Positions 51,401 through 59,710 of a DNA stretch of 64,000 nucleotides are shown here, piece after piece (position 1 is the stretch's first letter; each line of letters begins with the position of its first letter). This stretch comes from a virus. The position numbers and the translations under genes are program-made. The notes below the pieces were generated by a model. It was not told the origin of the DNA, did not search any database, and was given only the letters and a program-made list of their open reading frames with translations. Where the stretch lies: the IMG/VR virus record IMGVR_UViG_3300020724_000005; one strand, 5' to 3'.

Positions 51401-52779
51401 GGATCGTTCGGTAATTTTCCAAACTTGTCGTAAAAATCATTCTCAAGCTTTGCAAAGTTTAAAGTCACAAGCATGTCCTGACCGTGGTTTATGTACTCTT
51501 TTACGTTATCGAACCACAGTACACCGTTTGCATATCCTGTAACAGGCGCAGTAGTGGTAAAAGATGCATTGTAGAACTTGTCGTTACTTTGCATAGTAGA
51601 TCCAGTCTCTACGTACTGCATGTACGATATGTCAGCTTTAGTGTCTTTGTAGTTTGATGCTGCCTGCATCAGCTTTTCTTTCGCGCCTATCGTGTCTCCA
51701 ACAGCTTGGTTAATTGGATCTATGCTTATGTTACCTGTGTTGTAAAGCAGAGTAGTGAACGGATCATCTATCTTCAATTTAGAAAAGAAGGCAGAAGAGT
51801 CTTTCTTGTCAAGTTCTGCTTGAGCTTGTGCGTCTGCAGCTCCCAAAGTCTTTAACGCCACATCTTGCAGCTCTTTATATTTCCTGTTAAAGTAAACTTT
51901 AAGCTCCTGCTCATACGCTCTTGCCATCTTTGTGGGGTGGTTGAGCTTGAGGTCTCCCATCACAGCTCCCATGGCAAGCGCTTTCACTGTGCAGTCGAAC
52001 CCTCCGTCTTGCGTCATCGTAAAGTTGAACTGAGTTATCAATCCAAGCATCCCTCCGTAGTTTCCATGAGACTTTTGAGCGCCAGAGTTTATCCTGATAG
52101 CTATCTCTTCTTTGGTCATCTTCTTCGTAAAAGGATCTATCATGAACTGCTCTGACGATTCTAGATTTCCGCTGTTCGTGTAATACTTTGTGTGTCCCCA
52201 CTCAAGCAAGATAGAGTATCCTGGTCTGAAGTACAAAGCGTCTATTATATCAAGCTGCTGTTTGTTCCAGACCTTAAAGTTTATCGTAGCCTGTCGAAGA
52301 GATCCCATCTTTCCGGTAGTCTCTACTGTAGCTGACGTTATACCGGGCATTGGCTTATACCCATACGTGTGAACCTCTGACGATCCTAGCATGCCGTAAG
52401 CTCCATTTGGGTCTATGCCTGACCTGAGCCCTCCGCCTGGCTGAGCATATGCAGAAACTCCACCAAAGAGTATGTAGTTCTTTGCAAGGTCACTCATGCT
52501 CTTTATCATCACGTTCTCTGGTGTTATCTGCTGGAAGTCTCTTATTATCTGAGACGGTTGCGCGTATAACACTCCTTTAGAAGAGTCCAAAGGAAAAAGG
52601 TCTATAGACGAAACTGCTCTGAACCAAGATCCACGGTTTGCGAGGTAGAGCAAGTCGCTGTCGCTTCTTGACTCGTTCTGCAATATCTCACTTCTCTTTT
52701 GTATCTGAGCCGCTGTCCATCGATACATGGGGTAACCGGCAATGTTACATATCTTGTCGAATTCGTTGTTCGTGAGCAT
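48475..52779 (-). CDS. large baseplate/tail-associated protein with C-terminal tail-lysozyme-like domain (1434 aa)
   Basis: C-terminal GNLLQESGL....GAYGIAQWLGSRLAQL resembles the phage tail lysozyme domain. Position follows the tape measure and LysM-like genes. Confidence 0.85.
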   Translation of the reverse strand: MLTNNEFDKICNIAGYPMYRWTAAQIQKRSEILQNESRSDSDLLYLANRGSWFRAVSSIDLFPLDSSKGVLYAQPSQIIRDFQQITPENVMIKSMSDLAKNYILFGGVSAYAQPGGGLRSGIDPNGAYGMLGSSEVHTYGYKPMPGITSATVETTGKMGSLRQATINFKVWNKQQLDIIDALYFRPGYSILLEWGHTKYYTNSGNLESSEQFMIDPFTKKMTKEEIAIRINSGAQKSHGNYGGMLGLITQFNFTMTQDGGFDCTVKALAMGAVMGDLKLNHPTKMARAYEQELKVYFNRKYKELQDVALKTLGAADAQAQAELDKKDSSAFFSKLKIDDPFTTLLYNTGNISIDPINQAVGDTIGAKEKLMQAASNYKDTKADISYMQYVETGSTMQSNDKFYNASFTTTAPVTGYANGVLWFDNVKEYINHGQDMLVTLNFAKLENDFYDKFGKLPNDPTAKKSVSDYFFTTQVDNPGKFITYGSKNSSVTDLISGSAGVVEEAYFSVRTTFLVDASKKSATSEAISAFEDPATKYKVEILQVDPVKDSRYGVYVKLSSTTKSNDKIYIELGLAPGEDSDVGNGGSDKAAAGLDYEGRYYLPDLSLITSIDVNSTKPPLVPDEKNLTKDKLTVEYNAQVQQAKDQYNNAINNASQTYDFDQFKASLDSESALEMMLKSMIIYADNHTAALGRVNPNVSIDFFKNLFQDGAYSKALANILDQSLKPVDLSGYYKSYYDGSLDAAKRLEINLRYGNNSYIMSGENLGDDNIFQSSKIPQVDFEKLFTPRTFSFGNSMTVIEDSSHQIAVKEFVYIPLGLFMMMLNHTAILYNSQDNPSADNPNATLSPMAYIDFNQSTNFYQSSVNQISLDPNKFLVAYKGRKTDYKKLFDSSLIKGDYLQYQAPADKGSSTNPVHNKSTAVSSSLWNPEDGEKNGLSSLLPNPHADVQGKSNPYIGRTMEIMVNVQYLLKIIKDLSRQSDTYETYFQGIMKTIVQDINKCMGGYNALRVAYNDNANCYSIVDDQLIPADPNTAKSSTIGTSCEIPVFGKGSVARAFDIRTDISSRVSSMLAISANPGGTQNQVGMSRDNSDFGIYNYNFIDRYKPYTVDNSGTGKDKFIAADNNSMFSIAANFDSVMQRINGYYSGEVTPKIEALSEDSINRAINYYIERMSYVRNISKGSVHSAIIPLKSSVTMDGISSLYPFQLYTLSEQVLPYRYNQKNLNDRKVAFSISKLVHSFENNQWTTAVDGFMTLLKNQEDYEDQSVFNAPPPAVKTLNATANPGPVNGDTTGFDKAKIQKAITFFKGRGYGKVGTAVVVGNLLQESGLITTVSNKRGSGAYGIAQWLGSRLAQLKTKHDYNSIDVQLAFIDIEMSNTPFVEECKILKTTTDLMTAINAMGFYEFQNSSVQDPEIRLAYSKDILNRIDKGEFGKF

Positions 52780-52781
52780 AA

Positions 52782-53087
52782 CTATCTTATGGTATTTATC
52801 TGGTTGTAATCATTTATGATCGACTGTATGTTAGCAGGTATCCTCAGCTGCATCCCTATAGGGGGGAATAGGCTGTCTCCTGTCAAAGAGTTTGCAGATG
52901 CTATTATCCACCAGAGGTCTACATCTCCATAGAACTTCTGCGCCATGATGTCCATCCTGTCTCCTCTTGTAGATATCAAATAGCTATCAGAGTCTGAGAG
53001 TGGTATGTCAGGATACACAGCATTCACATAGAATGGTATCCCTCTTGGAGAATTCTTTGTAGTAGGTATGTTCTGGTATCTGTTCAT
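52782..53087 (-). CDS. LysM-like tail protein (gpX-like)
   Basis: MDIMAQKFYGDVDLWWIIASAN....L..G..L.IP. Confidence 0.65.
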   Translation of the reverse strand: MNRYQNIPTTKNSPRGIPFYVNAVYPDIPLSDSDSYLISTRGDRMDIMAQKFYGDVDLWWIIASANSLTGDSLFPPIGMQLRIPANIQSIINDYNQINTIR

Positions 53088-53093
53088 CTTTGT

Positions 53094-55061
53094 TTATTTT
53101 CCTGGAACTGTTCCTGGTGCGCTCTTTGTAAAGTCTAAAGAAGTCCCTGTAATGTCTAATCCATTTCCAGGCTGATAAGGATTTGGCGACGTTGGTATTG
53201 GTGTTGCAAAAGTATTTAGCGGAGCTAGACTCAATGGGTCTACTTTTAGAGTTTTTACTGGATCTATAAATCCGCTTCTGCCTACTAAAACAGGAACGCT
53301 GCCTGATGCGGCATTGTCTTGCTTTTCCGTCTGTCTCTTTGGCAGTATAGAGTGTATCGGCTTAAATGATACTGATACCTCTACTACATGTGGAAGCTGC
53401 AATACATCTGTTCCAGGATCTCCTTCAAGATTTATCTCCCATGGAGTTGCGTTGTCTGCTGTCACATTCACGCTTTCCAAGAATCCAGGTACACGGTACA
53501 AATAGTCTCCTATGGTCACCTTCACTAATGGAGCTCTCATGATGCCTCCATCAGAATAATCTGGGTACACTTGTGATATCAGGTTGTTTAGCTTGTTGTA
53601 CAACGGCCTCAATTCGCTTCTTGAAAAAGCTGCGATCTTGAAGCTGAATCCTATCGTCCTTGAAAACCCCTGATATGTAAAGAAGTCCTCTCCACGTCCC
53701 ATGTACTTGAAGGCGGTCAGGTTTGCTGCATTGCTGTCTGTGAATCCGTTTGTTAAAAAGGCTCTGAAGAAAAGCGCAGTAGACACGTTTTGATCGTTGC
53801 TCATGCACTCAAATCCGAACTTTATGATGTCTGTGGCTTTTACTCCTCCTAACTTAGCAAGCATGTCATTATTTTCGTAAGGGTCTCCTCCTAAATTATT
53901 AAAAACCACAGGATACATGGCATTCAAAGCGTCAGTGGCGCCTGGTATTTTGACAGTGTAGTTCAGCGGTTTGTTCTGCTGACCAAAGTTGCCTGTGCCT
54001 ATCCTGTATTCTAGGCTGTTATTTGCATAGTCCCAAGCAGGTTGAACTGCTTGTGTGTTTGCTCTGAAGTCCTGTATGTTCGTAGCATTTATAGGAGCTC
54101 CCTTTATAGAAGTCTGCTTTGCGATCTCGTTGTAGTTCATCACCATAGGAGAGTAGACGTACGTGGTGTCTGTGTACCTTCCTACTATGGTGTCTCCACG
54201 GTCTCCAAGAGAGTTAGGCCCTCCTGAGTAGTTGAATATCAAATTCGGGTCTAAAGACACTCCAAGGCTCTTTGCAAAAGAAACGTCTATGGATCCGTTT
54301 ATAAACCCGTTGACCCCGTTAGAGAACATGTTGCCAAGCACTCCACCTCTCATCTTCAACCTGTTCAGAAGAAGAAGCCTGTTTGTTGACGCGTTGTTGT
54401 ACACGTTTTGCAGCCCCACTGTCTCTGCGTAGAACATGTCTGTGGTCGAGTATGCTGCGTCTCCCAGTCTGGATAGATGAGCTCCTGTGCCTTGCATTCC
54501 TGCTTGCCTCACTGTGTTATTCTTTGAGTACGCTCTCGTGTTTTCCAAGATTACTCCAGACAAGTTGCTTTTTCCTGTCTCCATCCTTGGATTCGTAAGC
54601 CCCAGCAGCTTTTGCTTTTGGACAAAGTTTACTCCTGCTGTAGTGTTCATGAAAGACAGTATCCTAGACTCATCTACTCTTCTGCGGTAGTCTCCTTCTA
54701 GTCCAGGGTTGTTTGGCGATGGGAAGAAGTCTCCCGTGTCAGAATTTGTGCTTCCGGATGCGTCAGACGTTATGAACGGTGGTTTGCCAAAAGAAAGATC
54801 TAGCATGCTGGTCTTTAGATACCCGAGCCCGCTTCCTTGCTTTCCATCGACTATCTTTACAGACTCTATCTGATCTAAGCCTTTGTTCTTAAGGTTGTTG
54901 TTATAGAACTGGTACTGGTTGGACGATGGTATCAGGTTGAATTTTGCTTGCGCTGATTCTGGCGTGTTGTTCGCAGAATAGTCAGTGTGCGGAACTCCGC
55001 CGTCTGTAGCAGGGTCCCACTTTAAAGTAGCGTATTGTGTTGTTAGGTTTACTAGTGCCAT
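53094..55061 (-). CDS. tail/baseplate structural protein (655 aa), function unassigned
   Basis: Large ORF immediately downstream of the tape measure gene. No nameable motif. Confidence 0.85.
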   Translation of the reverse strand: MALVNLTTQYATLKWDPATDGGVPHTDYSANNTPESAQAKFNLIPSSNQYQFYNNNLKNKGLDQIESVKIVDGKQGSGLGYLKTSMLDLSFGKPPFITSDASGSTNSDTGDFFPSPNNPGLEGDYRRRVDESRILSFMNTTAGVNFVQKQKLLGLTNPRMETGKSNLSGVILENTRAYSKNNTVRQAGMQGTGAHLSRLGDAAYSTTDMFYAETVGLQNVYNNASTNRLLLLNRLKMRGGVLGNMFSNGVNGFINGSIDVSFAKSLGVSLDPNLIFNYSGGPNSLGDRGDTIVGRYTDTTYVYSPMVMNYNEIAKQTSIKGAPINATNIQDFRANTQAVQPAWDYANNSLEYRIGTGNFGQQNKPLNYTVKIPGATDALNAMYPVVFNNLGGDPYENNDMLAKLGGVKATDIIKFGFECMSNDQNVSTALFFRAFLTNGFTDSNAANLTAFKYMGRGEDFFTYQGFSRTIGFSFKIAAFSRSELRPLYNKLNNLISQVYPDYSDGGIMRAPLVKVTIGDYLYRVPGFLESVNVTADNATPWEINLEGDPGTDVLQLPHVVEVSVSFKPIHSILPKRQTEKQDNAASGSVPVLVGRSGFIDPVKTLKVDPLSLAPLNTFATPIPTSPNPYQPGNGLDITGTSLDFTKSAPGTVPGK

Positions 55062-55062
55062 T

Positions 55063-57474
55063 CTATCCTGTTGTTAGTGTTCTTGAGTACCTGCTAGTGT
55101 TGATGTTGTCTGCTGACTGTTGGTCACTCAGCCCTCTTATCGTGCTTCTTGTTGTAGCTCCGTCTTCTTGCTTCTGTATTATGGTCAACTCATTCTGTAC
55201 TACTACAGGTCCTCCTGCTGAAGCTGCAGCTGATGGAGATGTTGTCATAGCTGTTGATCCTGCTGCGTTAGCTGCGCTCATCGATGATATTCCAGATGTT
55301 GGAGTAGACAGTCCTCCAAGAGAAACTCCTTTGAGCTGAGCTCCTGCTCCTTCTACCATATTTATCATCCCCTCGTCTATGTTTATCCCTGGGAAGTAGT
55401 TCAAAAACCTCATGATGCCTCCAAGTATAGCTCCTGTCACGTCAAGCACCTTAACAAAGAAGTCTTGTATTCCTCCTACTATCTTTTTGAGGCTGTCTGG
55501 CTGTGATAAGAAGTTTATCGCTTTATCTATGAAAGCTCCAACTCCTGAGCTGGATACCAAGTCTGCAAAGCTCTGCTTTATCTTGTCTATGAACGCGGCT
55601 ATCTTTTCGTTGGCTGCTCCAGAGATCACTGCGTTCGCCGCCTCATCTCCCATAGCTGCTGCCATGGCTTCTTGAGTCTTATACTTCTTTATTGCAAGGT
55701 TGTACTGCTCTCTGTAGTCGTCTGTCTGCTTTGCTCCTATGATCCTCATGTACTCCTGCTTCTTCAGCATGTCTGCCATTTGGTCTCTTGTCATGCCGAA
55801 CGCTTTGGATATAGACTCTGCCTGTATCCTGTTGAGCTTCATGAAGTCTGTAGAAGATCCGACCTGCTTGTTTATCTCTTGGGCTGCACCAGCAAGATCA
55901 TTGTTCAAAAAGAGGTTTCTTGCAGTCTCAAGGTTTAGATCTCTGCCTGTAAGAAGCTGCGCCTCAAACTGGCTAGAGATGCTAGATTCAAAATCCAAGA
56001 AAGAGTCTGCGATGCTATCCATCTCTTTGAGGCTGGTGCCTAGAGACTTTGCTGTTACAAGCGCTTTTGTGAGCTTCTCTGGGTACTTTGCAAACGAAAG
56101 CCCGAGATAGCCTCCGTACGTAGAAGCTTCTTTGAGCACTCCTTTCTGGTCAAGCTGTATTCCCTTTGCCAAGCGAAGCGCTGCGACTTGGGTGAATACG
56201 CCTTTGATTATCTCTTTCTGATTCCTGTTCTGTAGCACTGACGCCTCTACAAGCCCTGTCCTCTCTGTGAGTTCAAGCCCTGCGACGTTCTTCAGCATTA
56301 TGTCTGTTTCGAGTCTGTCATTTGAAAGACCGTTCATCACCCCAAGCTGCTTTCCGAGCTCTATCTGAGTCTCAAACATCTTTCTGCTTGTGACAAAGAC
56401 GTTGTTGCTGTTGGTTGCAAAATCAGAGTAGTACTTGTTGAGCTTTAATGCTTCATCTGCGCTCAGACCCATCTCTCTGCCCATCTTCTGGACTTGGCTT
56501 ACTGAGTTGACTACTATGTCAAGGAACATGGAGAAAGTGTCAACAAGGCCACCCAGAACTCCACCGATGAGTGGTATAGTCTTCAGAACGTTAGAGAAAC
56601 CAGACGTTAGGTCTGATATGGGGCTTCCTCCTTCTGGAGTCAGTGCTTTCATTCCATTCTTAAGCTCAGATGCTATCGCTGACCCTGTCTTCTTTACAGC
56701 AGAGAACAGCTTAGCAAGTCCGACTGCCCAAACTGCGGGGTCTCCAAAGCTCTTTAAGAACTCGCTTCCTATAGATCTAAGACCAACTAATGCTACTTTC
56801 CATTTACCAGGATTCGTGACTTCGTTTTGGTTCTTTACGAGATCACGAGACTTTTGGACCATCTTACCATAAGCTTCATCTCCGACTCCAAGCTTCTTAG
56901 CAAGTATTCCTACAAGATTTCCTGAGACACCCATCTGCTTTACGACCATGTTCTCAGTCTTCAAAAGACCTTGCAACACAGCAGCCTGCTCGTTCATATT
57001 GTCTGTAACCTTCTTAGACGCAATGTACTCTGCTTCTTGTGCAGTAACACTTCTCCTGTGAAAATCAAGCTCTGCTGTGAGGTCCGCTAATTTTTTTAAT
57101 CTTGTGGCAGTGGCATTTTTAGCAATTTGGCTTTCTTTTTTCTCTATCTTTTGCAGTAGATCATCTTCTTTCTTCAGTTTCTCATCAGCAGACTTCTGTA
57201 TAGCTTCATTTATTGTAGCAAGCCTATTTTGTGCAACAGCTCTTCTTCCCAACGCCCTCTCTATATCAGCTTCAAGCTTCTTGGAGTTTATCTGAGTATC
57301 TGATATCGCTTCATACTTTGCATTGATGTCTTCAATGAAATTGGCTACCTTCTTGAGTTCATCAATAGTCCTTTTGGTGTTAGTAGTAAGATCTCCTGAG
57401 AACTGTACTATGTCTTTGTAGAGGTCGTATGCTTCTCTGAGTTTTTTGGGATCTAAGCCTTGTGCATCTGCCAT
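55063..57474 (-). CDS. tail tape measure protein
   Basis: 803 aa. Coiled-coil-like N-terminal third and Gly/Ala-rich hydrophobic segments. Canonical position after the tube and the chaperone-slot ORFs. Confidence 0.75.
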   Translation of the reverse strand: MADAQGLDPKKLREAYDLYKDIVQFSGDLTTNTKRTIDELKKVANFIEDINAKYEAISDTQINSKKLEADIERALGRRAVAQNRLATINEAIQKSADEKLKKEDDLLQKIEKKESQIAKNATATRLKKLADLTAELDFHRRSVTAQEAEYIASKKVTDNMNEQAAVLQGLLKTENMVVKQMGVSGNLVGILAKKLGVGDEAYGKMVQKSRDLVKNQNEVTNPGKWKVALVGLRSIGSEFLKSFGDPAVWAVGLAKLFSAVKKTGSAIASELKNGMKALTPEGGSPISDLTSGFSNVLKTIPLIGGVLGGLVDTFSMFLDIVVNSVSQVQKMGREMGLSADEALKLNKYYSDFATNSNNVFVTSRKMFETQIELGKQLGVMNGLSNDRLETDIMLKNVAGLELTERTGLVEASVLQNRNQKEIIKGVFTQVAALRLAKGIQLDQKGVLKEASTYGGYLGLSFAKYPEKLTKALVTAKSLGTSLKEMDSIADSFLDFESSISSQFEAQLLTGRDLNLETARNLFLNNDLAGAAQEINKQVGSSTDFMKLNRIQAESISKAFGMTRDQMADMLKKQEYMRIIGAKQTDDYREQYNLAIKKYKTQEAMAAAMGDEAANAVISGAANEKIAAFIDKIKQSFADLVSSSGVGAFIDKAINFLSQPDSLKKIVGGIQDFFVKVLDVTGAILGGIMRFLNYFPGINIDEGMINMVEGAGAQLKGVSLGGLSTPTSGISSMSAANAAGSTAMTTSPSAAASAGGPVVVQNELTIIQKQEDGATTRSTIRGLSDQQSADNINTSRYSRTLTTG

Positions 57475-57496
57475 ATGAAATAAATATCAAGCAAAG

Positions 57497-57757
57497 TTAG
57501 TTTTTGCTCTTTGCTTTAGAAACAAAAGTAGGTCCTTTTTCCATCGCTTTTTTTACAGCATCTGGCATCTGGAACTTGCTCATGTTCGTGTTCTCAGTGA
57601 CTACCTGCTTGGATTCATTACGCTTCTCTTCTACTTTGTTCAAGAACTCCTCTATCTTCTTTAAGCTGAACTTACGATGCGGCACAGGCATGTTCCAGAC
57701 TTCTGAATACGTGAATCCTCCTCCACCGTGGTAGGTCAGTTCGAACACCTCAGTCAT
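57497..57757 (-). CDS. hypothetical protein in tail-assembly-chaperone slot (86 aa)
   Basis: Called by position only. Confidence 0.55.
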   Translation of the reverse strand: MTEVFELTYHGGGGFTYSEVWNMPVPHRKFSLKKIEEFLNKVEEKRNESKQVVTENTNMSKFQMPDAVKKAMEKGPTFVSKAKSKN

Positions 57758-57767
57758 GAAGACGACT

Positions 57768-58529
57768 CTATATTCCGCTCCCGGGAAAAAAGAAATCTCC
57801 AGTTATCGGGAGATCTAGGGTTGCCTCCTCCCCATCGCTGAAAGTGACCTTCACCTTTGTGTCTATGTCTGGCGTTATCTGGGCCATGTACTGTCTTAGG
57901 GCGTTTGCATCTTTTGCCATCAATGCTTGGTCTACAAAGTCTCTTATGGTCTTTGTTGAGTAGTCTCCATTGACAGACGTTATCTGATACTTCAGTCTAA
58001 GGCTAGCGCCTGAATCTTGCCCAAGAGCCTTCTTAAGGCCTTTAGATTCTTCGTCTACTTTCTTTTCGTCTGCAAGAGTCATCAGCTTGAAAGTCACTTT
58101 GTTCTTGGAGAATGGAAGCTCAAAGTCGAACTCGTTCTTTCCTTTGAATATGCTTTCGTCTATCTTCTTGTACTCCATAGACTGGAGGTCTACTGTAACG
58201 ACCTCTTCTTCTCCTGTCCTTGGGTGAGGATACTTGAACTGGTAGTCTTTGCCATAACCCAAGATCCTTGCAGCTATGAGAAGTCCGTTACGGTCTCCCA
58301 GTATGAGATCTTCGTACACAACGTCTGAGGCTATGAGAGCTCTCAAGGTCTTCTCTATAGCGGTGCCTGCTCTGAGATTGTTGATGTTTGTTAGGATGTC
58401 TTCATCCTTTGCTGTCATGTAACGCATCTCTATCTTCCCTTTAGAGAGTGGGCTTTCTGGTGAGTATACCAGCCCTTTGCTAGGTAGGTCTACCATTTCG
58501 GTAGGGATCGCAAACTTTTGTTCTGCCAT
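57768..58529 (-). CDS. hypothetical protein in tail-assembly-chaperone slot (253 aa)
   Basis: Called by position between the tube and tape measure genes. No nameable motif. Confidence 0.7.
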   Translation of the reverse strand: MAEQKFAIPTEMVDLPSKGLVYSPESPLSKGKIEMRYMTAKDEDILTNINNLRAGTAIEKTLRALIASDVVYEDLILGDRNGLLIAARILGYGKDYQFKYPHPRTGEEEVVTVDLQSMEYKKIDESIFKGKNEFDFELPFSKNKVTFKLMTLADEKKVDEESKGLKKALGQDSGASLRLKYQITSVNGDYSTKTIRDFVDQALMAKDANALRQYMAQITPDIDTKVKVTFSDGEEATLDLPITGDFFFPGSGI

Positions 58530-58600
58530 GTGTAACTGTGTTTATTATATATATTGAGGTTCTAAGTTTTCCCCTCTATAGAATATAATGAAATTTATCT

Positions 58601-58641
58601 AAAAAGAAAAAAGCTCCTTTTGAGTGGAGCTTCTTTTTTTA
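58601..58641 (-). terminator. intrinsic (bidirectional-type) terminator after the tail tube gene
   Basis: Stem AAGCTCC 58611-58617 / GGAGCTT 58626-58632 with an 8-nt loop. It has an A-run on one side and a T-run on the other, so the minus-strand RNA ends in a stem plus UUUUUCUUUUU. Confidence 0.7.
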
Positions 58642-58696
58642 TCTATTGTTGGTATTGCCTAATAGTTTAGAATAAAAATATTCTAATAATTAAGAA

Positions 58697-59185
58697 TCAG
58701 TAGTTGAGTATACAAAAATCACAACCGAGTGTCAATGTCAACTCTGTAGGATCAGATGTAGACCAGTCGTAGTTGCCAGCTGAGAAAGTCTTGATAAATG
58801 CGCCCTTTACGATCCATTCACTTACAATATCTCCCACTGGTCCTACTATATCCAAAGTAACATCTTTCTTATAAAAGTCAGAGTATCCATCTCTACCGGT
58901 CACTGATTCGTGGTGAAGACGAACCCACTCCATGCAAGCCTGCTGTCCTGAAGGAGATATCGGGTTGTAGAGAGATAGCTCGATGTCTTTCCACTCAGCC
59001 TTACCTTTTATCTTAAAGTAGGTGTTGATGTGGTCCAGCTTGATCTCACCCATTTCAACACTAGGAGCTGACGCCTTTTTAATCATGTATGAGGGAATAC
59101 CGTCGATGTACATGATGAACCTGTTGCTTACCGTAGGTTCAAACGCCGTATAAAAGATTTCTGCGGGATCCAAAATTCCTGCCAT
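58697..59185 (-). CDS. tail tube protein (T4 gp19-like)
   Basis: 162 aa, located after the sheath gene. The pattern FIMYIDGIPSYMIKKASAP...W.DIELSLYN is typical of contractile-tail tube proteins. Confidence 0.75.
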   Translation of the reverse strand: MAGILDPAEIFYTAFEPTVSNRFIMYIDGIPSYMIKKASAPSVEMGEIKLDHINTYFKIKGKAEWKDIELSLYNPISPSGQQACMEWVRLHHESVTGRDGYSDFYKKDVTLDIVGPVGDIVSEWIVKGAFIKTFSAGNYDWSTSDPTELTLTLGCDFCILNY

Positions 59186-59226
59186 ATTATTTTAGTTTTA
59201 TTCTTGTTGTTCGTTTATAAATATCG

Positions 59227-59709
59227 TTACTTTGCTTTTTTCTTTGCAGCCTGTCCTTTCCACATAGCCGCTGCTGCTACCTTCTGGCCTCTTTCTTTTG
59301 AGCCGTACTCTTTGGCTGCTTTCGTTGCGACCTTCTCGAATCCTTTGCCTTTCTTGCCTATGTCCTTGCCAGACTTTGCCTTTTTGACTACAGCTGATTT
59401 CTCCTTTTTGGTGAGACCTGCTGATGGTTTCTTTTTGGCTTCATCTAGATCTTCTTCTCCTTCTAGATCATCTCCAATGAACTCCTCGTAAGCATATCTC
59501 ATAGCCTCTTCAGCTTCAGACCCATTCATCGCATTACCAAGAACGTATTCTAAGATCTTGGTGTCTGATACTCCAAAATCTCTTAAAGACTCTAGTGTAT
59601 CAAAAGCTTCTGCTCTTGGGTTTTTAAATGCCTCTTTTATCACTTTGCCTTTGAGAGACTCATACAGTGCAGCTGGCACTTTTACTCGTACTATTGTGTT
59701 TTTGTTCAT
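59227..59709 (-). CDS. hypothetical protein with acidic middle and Lys-rich C-terminal half (160 aa)
   Basis: ORF track. C-terminus KKKPSAGLTKKEKSAVVKKAKSGKDIGKKGKGFEKVATKAAKEYG...AAKKKAK. Confidence 0.8.
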   Translation of the reverse strand: MNKNTIVRVKVPAALYESLKGKVIKEAFKNPRAEAFDTLESLRDFGVSDTKILEYVLGNAMNGSEAEEAMRYAYEEFIGDDLEGEEDLDEAKKKPSAGLTKKEKSAVVKKAKSGKDIGKKGKGFEKVATKAAKEYGSKERGQKVAAAAMWKGQAAKKKAK

Positions 59710-59710
59710 G

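Noticed and set aside
57757-57768. Programmed -1 frameshift joining the two ORFs in the tail-chaperone slot
   Set aside because: The ORFs do not overlap (there is a 10-nt gap), and I see no slippery heptamer at the end of the first ORF.
59216-59224. Reading TATAAATAT as T4-type late promoters (TATAAATA) driving plus-strand transcription
   Set aside because: There are no credible plus-strand genes. The motif is consistently upstream of minus-strand starts, so the functional orientation must be ATATTTATA on the minus strand.
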